DNA from: the human T2T-CHM13v2.0 reference genome, Homo sapiens
DNA length: 64,000 nucleotides
Direction: 5' to 3' (one strand)
NCBI RefSeq assembly: GCF_009914755.1
Contig: NC_060930.1
The first letter of the stretch is position 1. Every line of letters starts with the position of its first letter. Positions 1 to 20,098 of the stretch are shown here, piece by piece. Made by a program: the position numbers and the translations under genes. Under the pieces are notes generated by a model. The model saw nothing but the letters and a program-made list of their open reading frames with translations. It was not told the DNA's origin and did no database searches.

Positions 1-289
1 GGAGAGGCAGGAGAGTGCAAATGAGGTTGCCAGTTACGATGGTTCTTACCATTCACCATCATAGGAAATAGCTTAATTCTTTACGGCAGTTTGGGTGGAT
101 TCTCTTTGTCCTCCATTGATTCTGGAAATGGATATCTGACTATAAACAGATCCCACATCTCACAAAGCTTATTGACCCCATTTGAACCAGTTGAGCACTT
201 TCAATGCCTTCCAGGATAAAAAGAGAAGTGGGTCCTTTCTATCCACATTCCATATTCTTCTCTCCAGTATAACTGGAGCAGACAGAGAA

Positions 290-673
290 TGAATGTGTCC
301 ACCCTAAGTAAGCAGAGTGTGCTGGACATAGCATACATCTCCCAACTGCCCACATAGAGCCTCCAGCTGCTCCTTCAGGCTTGGCCTCAGCTGCCAAGAG
401 TGGCCTCACTCAAGGGCTTGAACAGTTGTTCAAGATGGGGCTATAAAGGCTTGATCATTCTGGTGTGATGTGGGTCAGTTCTGATGGGCAATAGTTGCTT
501 CTGAGCACCCCCTCCCCAGAATTGGCCAAAGCTTTGTTATATCTGCACCAAAGACTTTTCCTTTCTCCCAATACTACTTCTTTCCTCTCTCTTCCATAGG
601 TGTTGATCCTTAATAATTCCTTGTATGCCAAACTCTGTTTCAGCTTCTGCTTTTGGACAACCCAACATGCAAC
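290..673 (+). mobile_element. ERVL LTR16/LTR33-like solo LTR relic
   Basis: 3' end 'ggtgttgatccttaataattccttgtatgccaaactctgtttcagcttctgcttttggacaacccaacatgcaaca' resembles the LTR16-family U5 end; TATA-like 'gctataaa' at ~440. 5' boundary approximate. Confidence 0.6.
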
Positions 674-1884
674 AGAAGCAAGTTGAAAGCAGAAAGCATT
701 TCTTCAGCCAGCCACGCATGTTAAGCACAGCTGTGACTTCTCCACATTGAAGAGTTGTGGCCCAGGTAGGTGAGGTGGTACAGCACCTGGCAGAGCCATA
801 AAATTGTGGATTCCAAAGATGGTGAAAACCAAGGATGTAGAAGCTAGGAGAATCCTTTGAGGTCATTGAACCCAACTCTTGCAAAGAGGCTGAAGTTGGA
901 AATTAGAGAATTGTCTCAAGACAGTGGTGGTTATGTTGACATAGTAACATGAGGACATGAAGGGGCTAACTCCCCCTTTCATGGAGAGTGGCTGCAGGAG
1001 ACCACCAATCCAGTGGGCTGGATTGGGGTCTCTGGCAGCATGTGGAGCAGTGGGCCAAAGGGAAGCTGGACATCAGCCTGGGGTTCCAGAGTAGAAAGCA
1101 GTGGCTTAGGAGATAACTGCAGCCCCATCGGTGATAGGACAAAGGGGTGCATTTTTTCATGGTGGGCTTGAGAGAGAGCTGACCTGGAACACTTAAAGAG
1201 GATTTGGCACAGGAGGGCTACCTGGAGAGGAGTTCAAAGCAGAACAAAAAAATTGTCTATGGAGCTGGATTACTGAGTCAGAGCCAAAGGGGAGCTTTAA
1301 GAAGCTACTGGGAAGGTATAACCTGCGTAGGGGATTTCTGGGTGTTAGCCTGATCATGGAGTTCTCCTAGAGCTCACAGCAACCCACCCCAGAGAACAAG
1401 TCAGTTTTAAGCATCAGTGTGGCCAGAGTGAGCAAATGGCTTAATGCAGGCAAGGAAGGCCCCCCTTACCTACTTTTCTTTCCAAACTGACAATCTCTGA
1501 GAGGGGAAGCCATAGGGGTAAGCCTCTGGGGGGAGCAGAAGGAATTGGTAGAATAAACAGAGAAGCAGACCATCAGGGCCCCTCTTCCAGATCAAAGCCT
1601 GTACAAGCCAGTAGCTAGGGGGAGCTAGGTGCTAGGAGATGCTTGTTTGGAGCTTTAAAAAGTTAATATTACGCTGTACCTCATGTATTATTTACCTAAG
1701 GATGACTGTTCTTATGCCTCAAAGTTACTGGAAGGCATTTATTCTCCAGGAGAAAGGCTGTGAAACCTGCCCAGGATCTTATTCAAAGAGGAAGTTGGGG
1801 CACAGATTATGCAAGGAAGGGAGTTGACAATAGAATTTGCAGAGGCAGTATTGACAAAGGAAAAGTCACTGTATGAATCCACAG

Positions 1885-2130
1885 GAACTGTGCAGTGGCT
1901 AATCATACAGATTGTGGCTCCAGATCACCTGGGTTCACATCCTACATTTATTAAGACTGACCTTGGGCATGTTGCTTAATTTCTGTCTCTCTTTCCTCAT
2001 CTGTCAAAGGGAAATAAGAATAGCACTTACCTCATAGGGTTACTATAAAAGTTAAACTGGCTAATACATAACAAGCCCCTAGAACAGAGCCAGACACCAT
2101 AACAAATGCTTTTAATATTGGTTATTATTG
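1885..2130 (+). mobile_element. MIR SINE
   Basis: MIR core 'gaccttgggcatgttgcttaatttctgtctctctttcctcatctgtcaaagggaaataagaatagcacttacctcatagggtt' and 'ttattatt' tail. Confidence 0.85.
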
Positions 2131-4419
2131 GTCCAGCTCTTTCAGTATCTGTTATGTAAGCACGTATGAGAGTCCCAAGGATGACCATTCCTGAGTTAAT
2201 GGTAAGCCAAAAAGCAGGTTATCAAGTGGGTTTCTTCCCCTGTTGAACTAGGAAAGATTGATCTGTGCGCTGTAATCTAGAAGATGCAAACTTATTATCT
2301 TACTATTGACAGCTCTGCAGATTTCCCTTCTCTTCTGGAAAAAATGTGATTATGTGCAGCTGGCTTTGCAGACAATGGCATAACTCCTTAGCAGGCACTG
2401 AAAAATGCTGTTTTATTTTAAACAGGAAAAACTTCTAGTTTTCCCCAAAGCCTCTGCAATAGGGCTTAATGTTGAGAGAGGATTTCCTATGCACATCAGC
2501 AGGAGGCACTTTTCCTATGCAAATCTAGTAAAGTTGGCCTATGTGATTCTGTATTCAGCACGTTGTGCTCCAAAGTGAATGTTTAGTATCATTTGAAAAA
2601 GATGTCTGCTCTGTTTGTCGATTCACATAGTTTGTGAATCTCATTGTCAGCTAATAAAAAATCTTTTTCTGTTCCTTGCCAACGACCTCAATCTATACAT
2701 TCACAACGGAAAATGAGTGAAAACCCAGATTTTTTTTTTCATTCCTTAGAAAGTGAGATGTCTGATGTTCAAAATCTGTCTAGTGGCTTCTAAGTTTCAA
2801 AGCAGAGTTCAAAACAAGAAATTTAAAGAGAATTTGACATTTAATTTGTATTTCATTGAGTCATGTCACTTGTTCTTAACTATGATCTAAATACGTAGCA
2901 TTTAAAATTAACACCCCATTTTATACCACATGCAGTTGAGTTAAATAATAGCCACTTATGAACAAGAAGATCAAGGCTATATTCTTTAGTTTTGTGTTGC
3001 CAGTTTGTTTCTGTTTTGTATTTACTTCTCCTCTTGTCGTATAAATGATCTGAAGCATGGTTTTTCCAGGAGTTTAACAATCACTGAGGCTATATCAATA
3101 TGATAACTTTTCTATAAGAATATGATCAACTTATAAATACAGAACAGATATCATCTTGCCAGTGTGGAACATGCAGTTGCACACTTAAATAACTGAAGGT
3201 GTATAGTTTGGATTTTTAATGTATTTTTATCTCTGTGACAAATGTTGAGCTTTGAAAAAATGTAACTGAGGTTATACCATGACTTGTTCATTCCACCGCC
3301 AATAGCCTTTGAAATGAAGATCCAGATTTAGTTTAGTTAGTTCTGTTTCCCCAAAACTCTTATCACTTCATTGGAAACCTGTGAAGGAGATTTTGCCCAC
3401 ATAGATTTATGTCCTAGCTGGGTTTGTGTTCTTTAATCAACGTTCAAAACAACCACTGATTTTGCCTGGATAGGTTTGTTTTGCCTAGATAGGTGTGCAT
3501 TTTTCAGCCAACTTTCAATTGCAGTGACTGGACCACACTGCAGGGTTAATTTTCTGGCAGTTTCCTTCATATTTTGCCATGTACTTACTAGGAGGAGCAA
3601 CTTGTCCAAAGTTCTTTTTGTGTCAGGAGAATGTTTGCTTACAGGAACAGGTTACATGGCTGTTTCTGTACATACTTATAAATAAATTGCTTGTATGTGT
3701 GTCACAATTTGGTCTGACTTGTTTTCACTTACATACAATCTGGAAGCAAGGTGGTAGGGAGGAGATGTATAGTCCTCTAACTGTAACTGTCAACCTTGGA
3801 AGGCCTTGCTCCGAATATAACAACTTTATTCTGCATCATTCATTATCCTTTCCAACTGGAGGAGAGTTTTTTCTCAACTGCATTATATTTTTCATTGAAC
3901 AAACTCAAACCATGTAAACAATGTGAAAACATATTAATGACCTGTGTATGTAAAAGACTTCAAACAGGCTCTTGAGACATTTCTTAATCCAGAAATTATT
4001 CTTTATTACCCCGAGTCCAGAACCACAGGGATGGTTCCAGATGACCATAACAGAGAATTGTGAGGCATTGAAAACTGTCTTAAGTGATGTGCAGAAGGAA
4101 CAGGGACAATCCATTGATTATTTAATTCTCAGTAATTTGCTTTCTTCCAGGGATAAACTTTGGAAGTTGATTTAAGTTTTCTTGTCTCTATTCTATTAGT
4201 CAGAAAGGCATTCTTAGTGTTTTATGTATTGCAATGCCCGTAGAAACAAGTTATTTATTTACAATTTATTTTTATCTTTTTTCCTTACTCTTTTTGTTAG
4301 TATACTTTAAGTTCTAGGATACATGTGTAGAACGTGCAGGTTTGTAACATAGGTATACATGTGCCATGGTGGTTTGCTGAACACATCAATCCGTCATCTA
4401 GGTTTTTTTTTTTTTAACT

Positions 4420-4850
4420 TTGCATGTTATATATACTCTACTCTTAGAATAAAGCAAACTAGAGAAAAGAAAATATTACTAGGAAAATCATAAGGAAGAG
4501 AAAATACATTTACAGTACTATAATGTATTTATGGATATCATAAATTTATGCATCTGTCTACAAGTTGAACCACTTGTCTAAAATGGTGAGCAACTGCAGC
4601 TACAGACCTCAACCTATGGTACATATCAAGTAATTCAACTTTTTCTTGTAATGTCATAACTTTCCTTGGCTTCTTGGGAGCACTTTCGGCATCACTAGTG
4701 GTACTTCGTATGGGTCTCATGGTGTTATTCAAGGTTTGCAGTATTGCACTAAACACAATGAAAGATATGTGACAACCATGAGATATCACTTTTTACCTCG
4801 ATAAGCAATTCACTGGAGAGACAAACTGCTCACACAGAGATGATTAGCTT
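4420..4850 (-). mobile_element. Tigger2-family (MER28-like) fragment with no terminal inverted repeats, inside an L1 3' transduction
   Basis: ORF 4538-4789(-) contains 'APKKPRKVMTLQEKVELLD', a pogo/CENP-B-type N-terminal HTH; 'ctagagaaaagaaaatattactaggaaaatcataaggaagagaaaata' is Tigger2-type sequence. Confidence 0.75.
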
Positions 4851-5148
4851 AACAAGATGGGTTTTTTTTTGTCATTTTAACTTCCATTTTATTTATTTAT
4901 TTATTTTTTATGCAATATATATTACTAAACATATTCTTTTTTAAAATTATACTTTAAATTCTAGGGTACATGTGCACAACGTGCAGGTTTGTTACATATG
5001 TATACATGTGCCATGTTGGTGTGCTGTACCCATTAACTCGTCATTTACATTAGGTATTTCTCCTAATGCTATCCCTCCTCCCTCCCCCCACCCCACAACA
5101 GGCCCCAGTGTGTGATGTTCCCCACCCTGTATCCAAGTTTCTCATTGT

Positions 5149-8982
<3,834 letters not shown>

Positions 8983-9045
8983 TACAATGTTAGCTGGTTA
9001 TTTTGCTCATTAATTGATGCAGTTTCTTCCTAGCATCGATGGTTT

Positions 9046-10071
9046 TTACAATTTGGCATGTTTTTGCAGTGGCTGATACTGGTTGTTCCTTTCCATATTT
9101 AGTGCTTCCTTCAGGAGCTCTTGTAAGGCAGGCCTGGTGGTGACAAAATCTCTCAGCATTTGCTTGTCTGTAAAGGATTTTATTTCTCCTTCACTTATGA
9201 AGCTTAGTTTGGCTGGATATGAAATTCTGGGTTGAAAATTCTTTTCTTTAAGAATGTTGAATATTAGTCCCCACTCTCTTCTGGCTTGTAGAGTTTCTGC
9301 TGAGAGATCCACTGTTAGTCTGATGGGCTTCCCTTTGTGGGTAACCTGACCTTTCTCTCTGGCTGCCCTTAACATTTTTTCCTTCATTTCAACCTTGGTG
9401 AATGTGACAAATATATGTCTTGGGGTTGCTCTACTCTAGGAGTATCTTTGTAGTGTTCTCTGTATTTCCTGAATTTGAATGTTGGCCTGCCTTGCTATGT
9501 TGGGGATGTTATCCTGGATAATATCCTGAAGAATGTTTTCCAACTTGGTTCCATTCTCCCAGTCACTTTCAGATACACCAATCAGACGTAGATTAGGTCT
9601 TTTCACATAGTCCCATATTTCTTGAACACTTTGTTTGTTTCTTTTTACTCTTTTTTCTCTAAACTTCTCTTCTCACTTCTTTTCATTCATTTGATCTTCA
9701 ATCACTGATACCCTTTCTTCCACTTGATTGAATTGGCCACCGAAGCTTGTGCATGTGTCACATAGTTCTCATGCCATGGTTTTCAGCTCCATCAGGTCAT
9801 TTAAGGTCTTCTCTATGCTGTTTATTCTAGTAAGCCATTTGTCTAATCTTTTTTGAAGTTTTTTAGTTTCTTTGCGATGGATTCAAACATCCTCCTTTAG
9901 CTCGGTGAAGTTTGTTATTACCAATCTTCTGAAGCCTACTTCTCTCAACTCGTCAAAGTCATTCTCCATCCAGCTTTGTTCCATTGCTGGCGAGGAGTTG
10001 TGTTCCTTTGGAGGAGAAGAGGCCCTCTGATTTTTAGAATTTTCAGCTTTTCTGCTCTAGTTTCTCCCCAT
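9046..10071 (-). pseudogene. L1 ORF1, disrupted
   Basis: ATG in 'accacaaagATGgggagaaac'; C-terminal fragment 9046-9387 ending 'QPLQKHAKL'; no full-length frame in the track. Confidence 0.88.
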
Positions 10072-10466
10072 CTTTGTGGTTTTATCTACCTTTGGTCTTT
10101 GATGATGGTGACCTACAAATGAGGTTTTTGTGTGGATGCCCTTTTTGTTGATGTTATGCTATTCCTTTCTGTTTGTTAGTTTTTCTTCTAACAGTCAGGA
10201 CCCCCAGCTGGAGTTTGCTGGAGTTTGGAGTTTGGTGGAGGTCCACCAAGTTTTTAGAATTTTCAGCTTTTCTGCTCTGGTTTCTCCACATCTTTCTGGT
10301 TTTATCTACCTTTTGTCTTTGATGATGGTGACCTACAAATGAGGTTTTGGTGTGGGTGTCCTTTTTGTTGATGTTATGCTAATCCTTTCTGTTTGTTAGT
10401 TTTCCTTCTAACAGTCAGGACCCTCAGCTGGTGTTTGCTGGAGGTTGGAGTTTGCTGGAGGTCCAC
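10031..10466. repeat. Tandem duplication, period 220 bp, across the L1 5'UTR/ORF1 start
   Basis: 'tttttagaattttcagcttttctgctct...ggaggtccac' begins at both 10031 and 10251. Confidence 0.95.
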
Positions 10467-10896
10467 TTCAGACCCTGTTTGCCTGGGTATCACCAGCAGA
10501 GGCTGCAGAACAGCAAATACTGCAGAACAGCAAATGTTGCTGCCTGATCTTTCCTCTGGAAGCTTCATCTCAGATGAGCACTCGGCTGTATGAGGTGTTA
10601 GTTAGCCCCTACTGGGAGGTTACTCCCAGTTAGGCTACTCGGGGTTCAGGGGCCCACTTGAGGAGGCAGTCTGTCCATTCTCAGATCTCAAACTCTGTGC
10701 TGGGAGAACCACTACTCTCTTCAAAGCTGTCAGACTGGGACGTTTAAGTCTGCAGAAGTTTCTGCTACCTTTTGTTTAGCTATGACCTGCCCCCAGATGT
10801 GGAGTCTACAGAGGCAAGCAGGCCTCCTTGAGCTGCGGTGGGCTCCACCCAGTTCAAGCTTCCCGGCTGCTTTGTTTACCTAGTCAAGCCTCAGCA

Positions 10897-11160
10897 ATGG
10901 CAGATGCCCCTCCCCCAGCCTTGCTGCTGCCTTGCAGTTCGATCTCGGACTGCTGTGCTAGCAGTGAGCAAGGCTCTGTGGGCGTGGAACCCTCCAAGCC
11001 AAGTGCGAGATATAATCTCCTGGTGTGCCGTTTGCTAAGACCATTGGAAAAGCACAGTATTAGGGTGGGAGTGGCCCAATTTTCCAGGTACCATCTGTCA
11101 TGGCTTCCCTTGGTTAGGAAAGGGAATTCCCCGACCCCTTGTGCTTCCCGGGTGAGGTGA
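10897..11160 (+). CDS. L1 antisense ORF0, open frame of 87 aa (expression unknown)
   Basis: MADAPPPALLLPCSSISDCCASSEQGSVGV...IRVGVAQFSR matches primate L1 ORF0; strong Kozak context gcaATGg; lies in the 5'UTR antisense-promoter region. Confidence 0.6.
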   Translation: MADAPPPALLLPCSSISDCCASSEQGSVGVEPSKPSARYNLLVCRLLRPLEKHSIRVGVAQFSRYHLSWLPLVRKGNSPTPCASRVR

Positions 11161-11470
11161 TGCCCCGCCCTGCTTTGGCTCACACTCCATGGACTGCACC
11201 CACTGTTCAACAAGTCCCAGTGAGATGAACCCAGTGCCTCAGTTGGAAATGCAGAAATTACCCATCTTCTGTGTTGCTCATGCTGGGAGCTGTAGACTGG
11301 AGCTGTTCCTATTCGGCCATCTTGGAACCGGAAGCCAACCCCATCTTCTAGGTTTTAAGCCCTGCATGCATTAGGTATTTGTCCTAATGCTCTCCCTCTC
11401 CTTGCCCACCACCCCCTGACAGGCCCCAGTGTGTGATGTTCCCCTCCCTGTGTCCATGTGTTCTCATTGT

Positions 11471-15279
<3,809 letters not shown>

Positions 15280-15342
15280 CATGATGCTAGCTGGTTATTT
15301 TGCCCATTAGTTGATGCAGTTCCTTTGTACTGTCATTGATCT

Positions 15343-16370
15343 TTATATTTTGGTATGTTTATTTTTTTTCAGTGGCTGGTACCAGTTTTTTCTTTTCATA
15401 TTTAGTGTTTCCTTCTGGAGCTCTTGTAAGGCAGGCCTGGTGGTGACAAAATCCCTCAGCATTTGCTTGTCTGTAAAGGATTTTATTTCTCCTTCACTTA
15501 TGAAGCTTAGTTTGGCTGGATATGAAATTCTGGGTTGAAAATTCTTTTCTTCAACAATGTTCAATATTGGTCCCCACTATTTTCTGGGTTGCAGGGTTTC
15601 TGCTGAGAGATCCACTGTTAGTCTGATGGGCTTCCCTTTGTGGGTAACCCTATTTTTCTCTCTGGTTGCCCTTAACATTTTTTTCCTTCATTTCAACCTT
15701 GGTGAATCTGACAGTTATGTGTCTTGGGGTTGCTCTTCTCGAGGAGTATCTTTGTGGTGTTCTCTGTATTTCCTGAATTTGAATGTTGGCCTGTCTTGCT
15801 AGGTTTGGGAATTTCTCCTGGATAATAACCTGAAGTGTGTTTTCCAACTTGGTTCCATTCTCCCCATCACTTTCAGGTACACCAATCAATTATATGTTTG
15901 GTCTTTTTACATAGTTCTATTTTTCTTGGAGGATTTGTTCATTGCTTTTTGTTCTTTTTTCTCTAATCTTGTCTTCATGCTTTATTTCATTAAGTTGATC
16001 TTCAGTCTCTGATATCCTTTCTTTCACTTGATTGATTTAGTTATTGATACTTGTGTATGCTTCACGAAGTTCTGGCGCAGTGTTTTTCAGCTCCATCAGG
16101 TTGTTTTATGTTCTTCTCTAAACTGGTTATTCTAGTTAGCAGGTCCTGTAACCTTTTATCAATGTTCTTAGCTTCCTTGCATTGCATTAGAATGTGCTCC
16201 TTTAGCTCAGAGGAATTTGTTATTACCCACCTTCTGAGGCCTACTTCTGTCAATTTGTCAAACTCATTCTCCACCCAGTTTTGTGCCCTTGCTGTTGAGG
16301 AGCTGTGATCCTTTGGAGAAGAGGCATTCTGGTTCTTGGAATTTTCAGCATTTTTGCACTGTTTTTTCAT
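15343..16370 (-). pseudogene. L1PA7-like ORF1, disrupted
   Basis: Fragments 16062-16379, 15650-15889 ('IGVPESDGENGTKLENTLQ') and 15343-15564. Confidence 0.88.
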
Positions 16371-17750
16371 CTTCTTCATGGATTTATCTACCTTTGATCT
16401 TTGATGCTGATGACCTTTGGATGGGGTTTTTGAGTGGGTATCTTTTTGTTGGTGTTTATCTTATTGCTTTCTGTTTGCTAGTTTTTCTTCTAACATTCAG
16501 GCCCCTCTTCTGCAGGTCTGCTGGAGTTTGCTGGAGGTCCAGTCCAGACCCTGTTTGCCTGGGTATCACCAGTGGAGGCTGCAGAACAGCAAGATTGCTG
16601 TCTGCTCCTTCCTCTGGAAGCTTCGTCCCACAGGGGCACCTAGCAGATGACAGCTGGAGCTCTCCTGTATGAGGTGTCTGTCAACTCCTGCTGGGAAGAT
16701 TATCCCAGTCAGGAGGCACCGGGTCAGGGGCCCACTTGGGTAGGCAGTCTGTCTCTTAGCAGAGCTTCAGCACTGTGCTGGGAGATCTGCTGCTCGCTTC
16801 AGAGCAGGCAGGCAGGAACGTTTAAGTCTGCTGAAGCTGTGTCCACGGCTGCCCCTTCCCCCGGGTGCTCTGTCCCAGGGAGCTGGGAGTTTTATCTGTA
16901 GCCCCTGACTGGGGCTGCTACCTTTCTTTCAGAGATGCCCTGCCAACTGAGGAGGAATCTAGAGAGGCAGGCTGGCCACAGCATCTTTGCTGCACTTCAT
17001 TGGGTTTCTCTCAGTCTGAACTTCCAGGTGGCTTTGTTTACACTGTGAGGGGAAAACTGCCTACTCAAGCCTCGGTAATGCCAGACGCCCCTCCCTCACC
17101 TAGCTGGACCATTTCAGATCAACTTTGGACTGCTGTCCTGGCAGTGAGAATTTTAAGCCAGTGGATCCTAGCTTGCTGGGCTCCATGGGGGTGGGACCTG
17201 CTAGGCAAGACCATTTGGCTCTGTGGCTTCAGCCTGCTTTCCAAGTGAGTGAACAGTTCTGTCTCACTGGGGTTCCAGGTGACACTATGGTACAAAAAAA
17301 ACCTCCTTCAGCTAGCTTGGTGTCTGCCCAAACAGCTGCCCCGTTTTGTGCTTGAAACCCAGGGCCCTGGTGGTGTAGGCACATTAGGGAATCTCCTGGT
17401 CTGCGGGTTGCAAAAACTGTGGGCAAATTGTAGTATCTGGGCCAGATAGCACAATCCCTCATGGCTTCCCTTGGCTGGGGGGGTGGGTGAAGTTCCCAGC
17501 CCGTTGCACTTCCCGGGTGAGGCAACACCCACCCTGCTTGTTTACCTTCCATGGGCTGCACCTACTGTCTAACCAGTCCCAGTGAGATGAACCGGGTACC
17601 TCAGTTGGAAATGCAGAAATCACCCACCTTCTGCATTGGTCTTGCTGGGAGCTGCAGAATGCAGCTGTTCCTATTCGGCCATCTTGCCAGTGAAAAACCA
17701 TTTTTTCTTATTCTTTAGCCATTCCTTAAGGGTTATTTATAGGCTCATTA

Positions 17751-18032
17751 TTTTTTTTTCTTTTTTTTGAGACAGAGTCTCCCTCTATCACCCAGGCTGG
17801 AGTGCAGTAGTGTGATCTCAGTTCACTGCAATCTGGGTTCAAACAATTCTCCTGCCTTAGCCTCCTGAGTAGCTGAGATTGTAGGCATGCACCACCATGG
17901 CCCAGCTAATTTTTGTACTTTTAGTAGAGATGGGGTTTTGCCATGTTGGCTAGGCTGGGCTTGAACTCCTGACCTCAGATGTGTCGGCCTGCTAAAGTGT
18001 GGAGATTACAGGTGTGAGCCACCACGCCTGGC
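17751..18032 (-). mobile_element. AluS with small internal deletions
   Basis: Poly-T followed by 'gagacagagtctccctctatcacccaggctggagtgcag'; TSD aggctcattatt (17741) / aggctcatgatt (18033). Confidence 0.9.
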
Positions 18033-18835
18033 AGGCTCATGATTCTTAAAGGGTGGCCACTTTGAATTTCTTCATGTGGGTGAGAACATGTTTTTCAGAA
18101 CTATTGTAGATATTTTGTTGGCACTATTGGCTTAGGGATGATGCATCTGGAGTGTGTAAATTTTAAAGCAGAAATTTGAAAAGTGAAAGAAGGAACAAGC
18201 GGATAAAAGATTCCAGGCCCAGTTTCATGACAAATTAGTGTAATATGTCTTAGGATATTTGTTTATGCTATATTAAGATCCTTGTCTCTTAAAATCACTG
18301 TATATATGGAGCTGAGTCTAGTAACATGTGTGACCAGGAACTTAGTTTTCATTTGATCACAATGTTTGAAAATAATTTCTTAAACTGCTCTGAGGCATTA
18401 GATCAGCCAGGCAGGATTTCGCCCAACAAAAACCAGGTCCGTTTTCCCAAACTGGATGTTTGCTCATGTGGCTGGTGATCCTACTTGCCAGTCAGGAAAT
18501 GAAACCTACTAACCTTAGAACCCAGATCTCCTCTGAAGTTTTTCATATGAATGAATTTTAAGGGCAATCTAGTCATGAGGTCTTGTTAGACATGTTTTGC
18601 TTTTTGTCAGTGATCCTACAATTAAACTCTCAAGTTTCTTCACAAATTTAGGATAGATTTTTAAAATCTTTATCTTACTTTTTAATATATTTTGCTTTGT
18701 TCTGAAGTATCAGTGTGTTTGTTATTCTTATTCAATATAGTATCTTTGATCTATCTGCTTCAAGGCAATTTGAAAGTGGAAATCTTTTTAACTTTTTCCA
18801 AAGTAAAGACCAAAAAGGATATCAAATGGACACTA

Positions 18836-19242
<407 letters not shown>

Positions 19243-19564
19243 AGACTGGTCCTCAAATTCAAGGCACCATGCTAAATGCCCTAAACAACCACCAAAGACA
19301 TGGTACTCTTTGCTTTTTAATCCACTAATTTCACCTTTTGCTCTGTGATTATGAAATAATCCTTCAGAATTTGAACCTGGTTATCTCTTTTACATTTTTT
19401 AAATTTTTAGAAAATGCATTTGCATTTTTATTCCTTTGCAAAATTTTCCTTGAATTTCTTCTTTTGGTTTCTGCTAACTTCTGGTTTGTACCTTCCTTTC
19501 CAGTTTGAATTTGCTTATTTCTTCTATTTCTTTAGCTGCCTTTTCACTTAAAAGGATACTTTTG

Positions 19565-19850
19565 GGCCAGGAGTGGTAGCTCATGACTGTAATTCTAGCC
19601 CTTTGGAGACAGGAGGGTTGTTGAGCCCAGGAATCTGAGACTAGCCCGAGCAATATGATAAAACCCCATCTCTACAAAAAATTAGCCTGGTGTGGTGGCA
19701 TGAGCCTGCACTCCCAGCTACTTGGGAGGCTGAGGTGGGCAGATCCTTGAGCTTGGGAGGTCAAGGCTGCAGTGAGCCATGATTGTGTCACTGCACTACC
19801 ACTTGGGGAGCACTGTGAAATCCTGTCTCAAAAAAATAATAAAATAAAAT
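19565..19850 (+). mobile_element. AluJ
   Basis: 'ttgagcccaggaa' and 'ggaggtcaaggctgcagtgagcc'; TSD aaaaggatacttt / aaaaggatatttt. Confidence 0.88.
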
Positions 19851-19865
19851 AAAAGGATATTTTCT

Positions 19866-20098
19866 ACTCAAACATAAAGATGACAACAATAGACACTTGG
19901 GACTACTAAAGGGAGGAGAGGGACATGGAAGAGGGAGTGATGAGGGGAGGGGTTGAAAAACTAACGGTTGGGTACTATGCTCAGTACCTGGGTGATGTGA
20001 TTATTCATACTCCAAACCTCAGCATCTCACAATGTAACAGTTAACAAAGATGCACATGTATCCCCTGAATCTAAAACTAAAGTTGACAAAAAAAAAAT
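19866..20098 (+). mobile_element. L1PA15/16-like 3' end, 5'-truncated
   Basis: 'gttgaaaaactaacggttgggtactatgctcagtacctgggtg...cccctgaatctaaaactaaagttg' plus A tail and TSD. Confidence 0.8.

Noticed and set aside
930-1885. Purine-rich stretch as an ancient Gypsy-like or ERV LTR
   Set aside because: The impression is compositional only; I cannot match it to a specific consensus.
2483-2524. Repeated 'tttcctatgca' with an octamer ATGCAAAT
   Set aside because: A single 8-mer in AT-rich DNA is expected by chance; there is no independent support.
3476-4175. Short ORFs and splice-like motifs in unique DNA as host-gene exons
   Set aside because: No protein similarity and no consistent acceptor/donor pairs; cannot be supported without transcript or conservation data.
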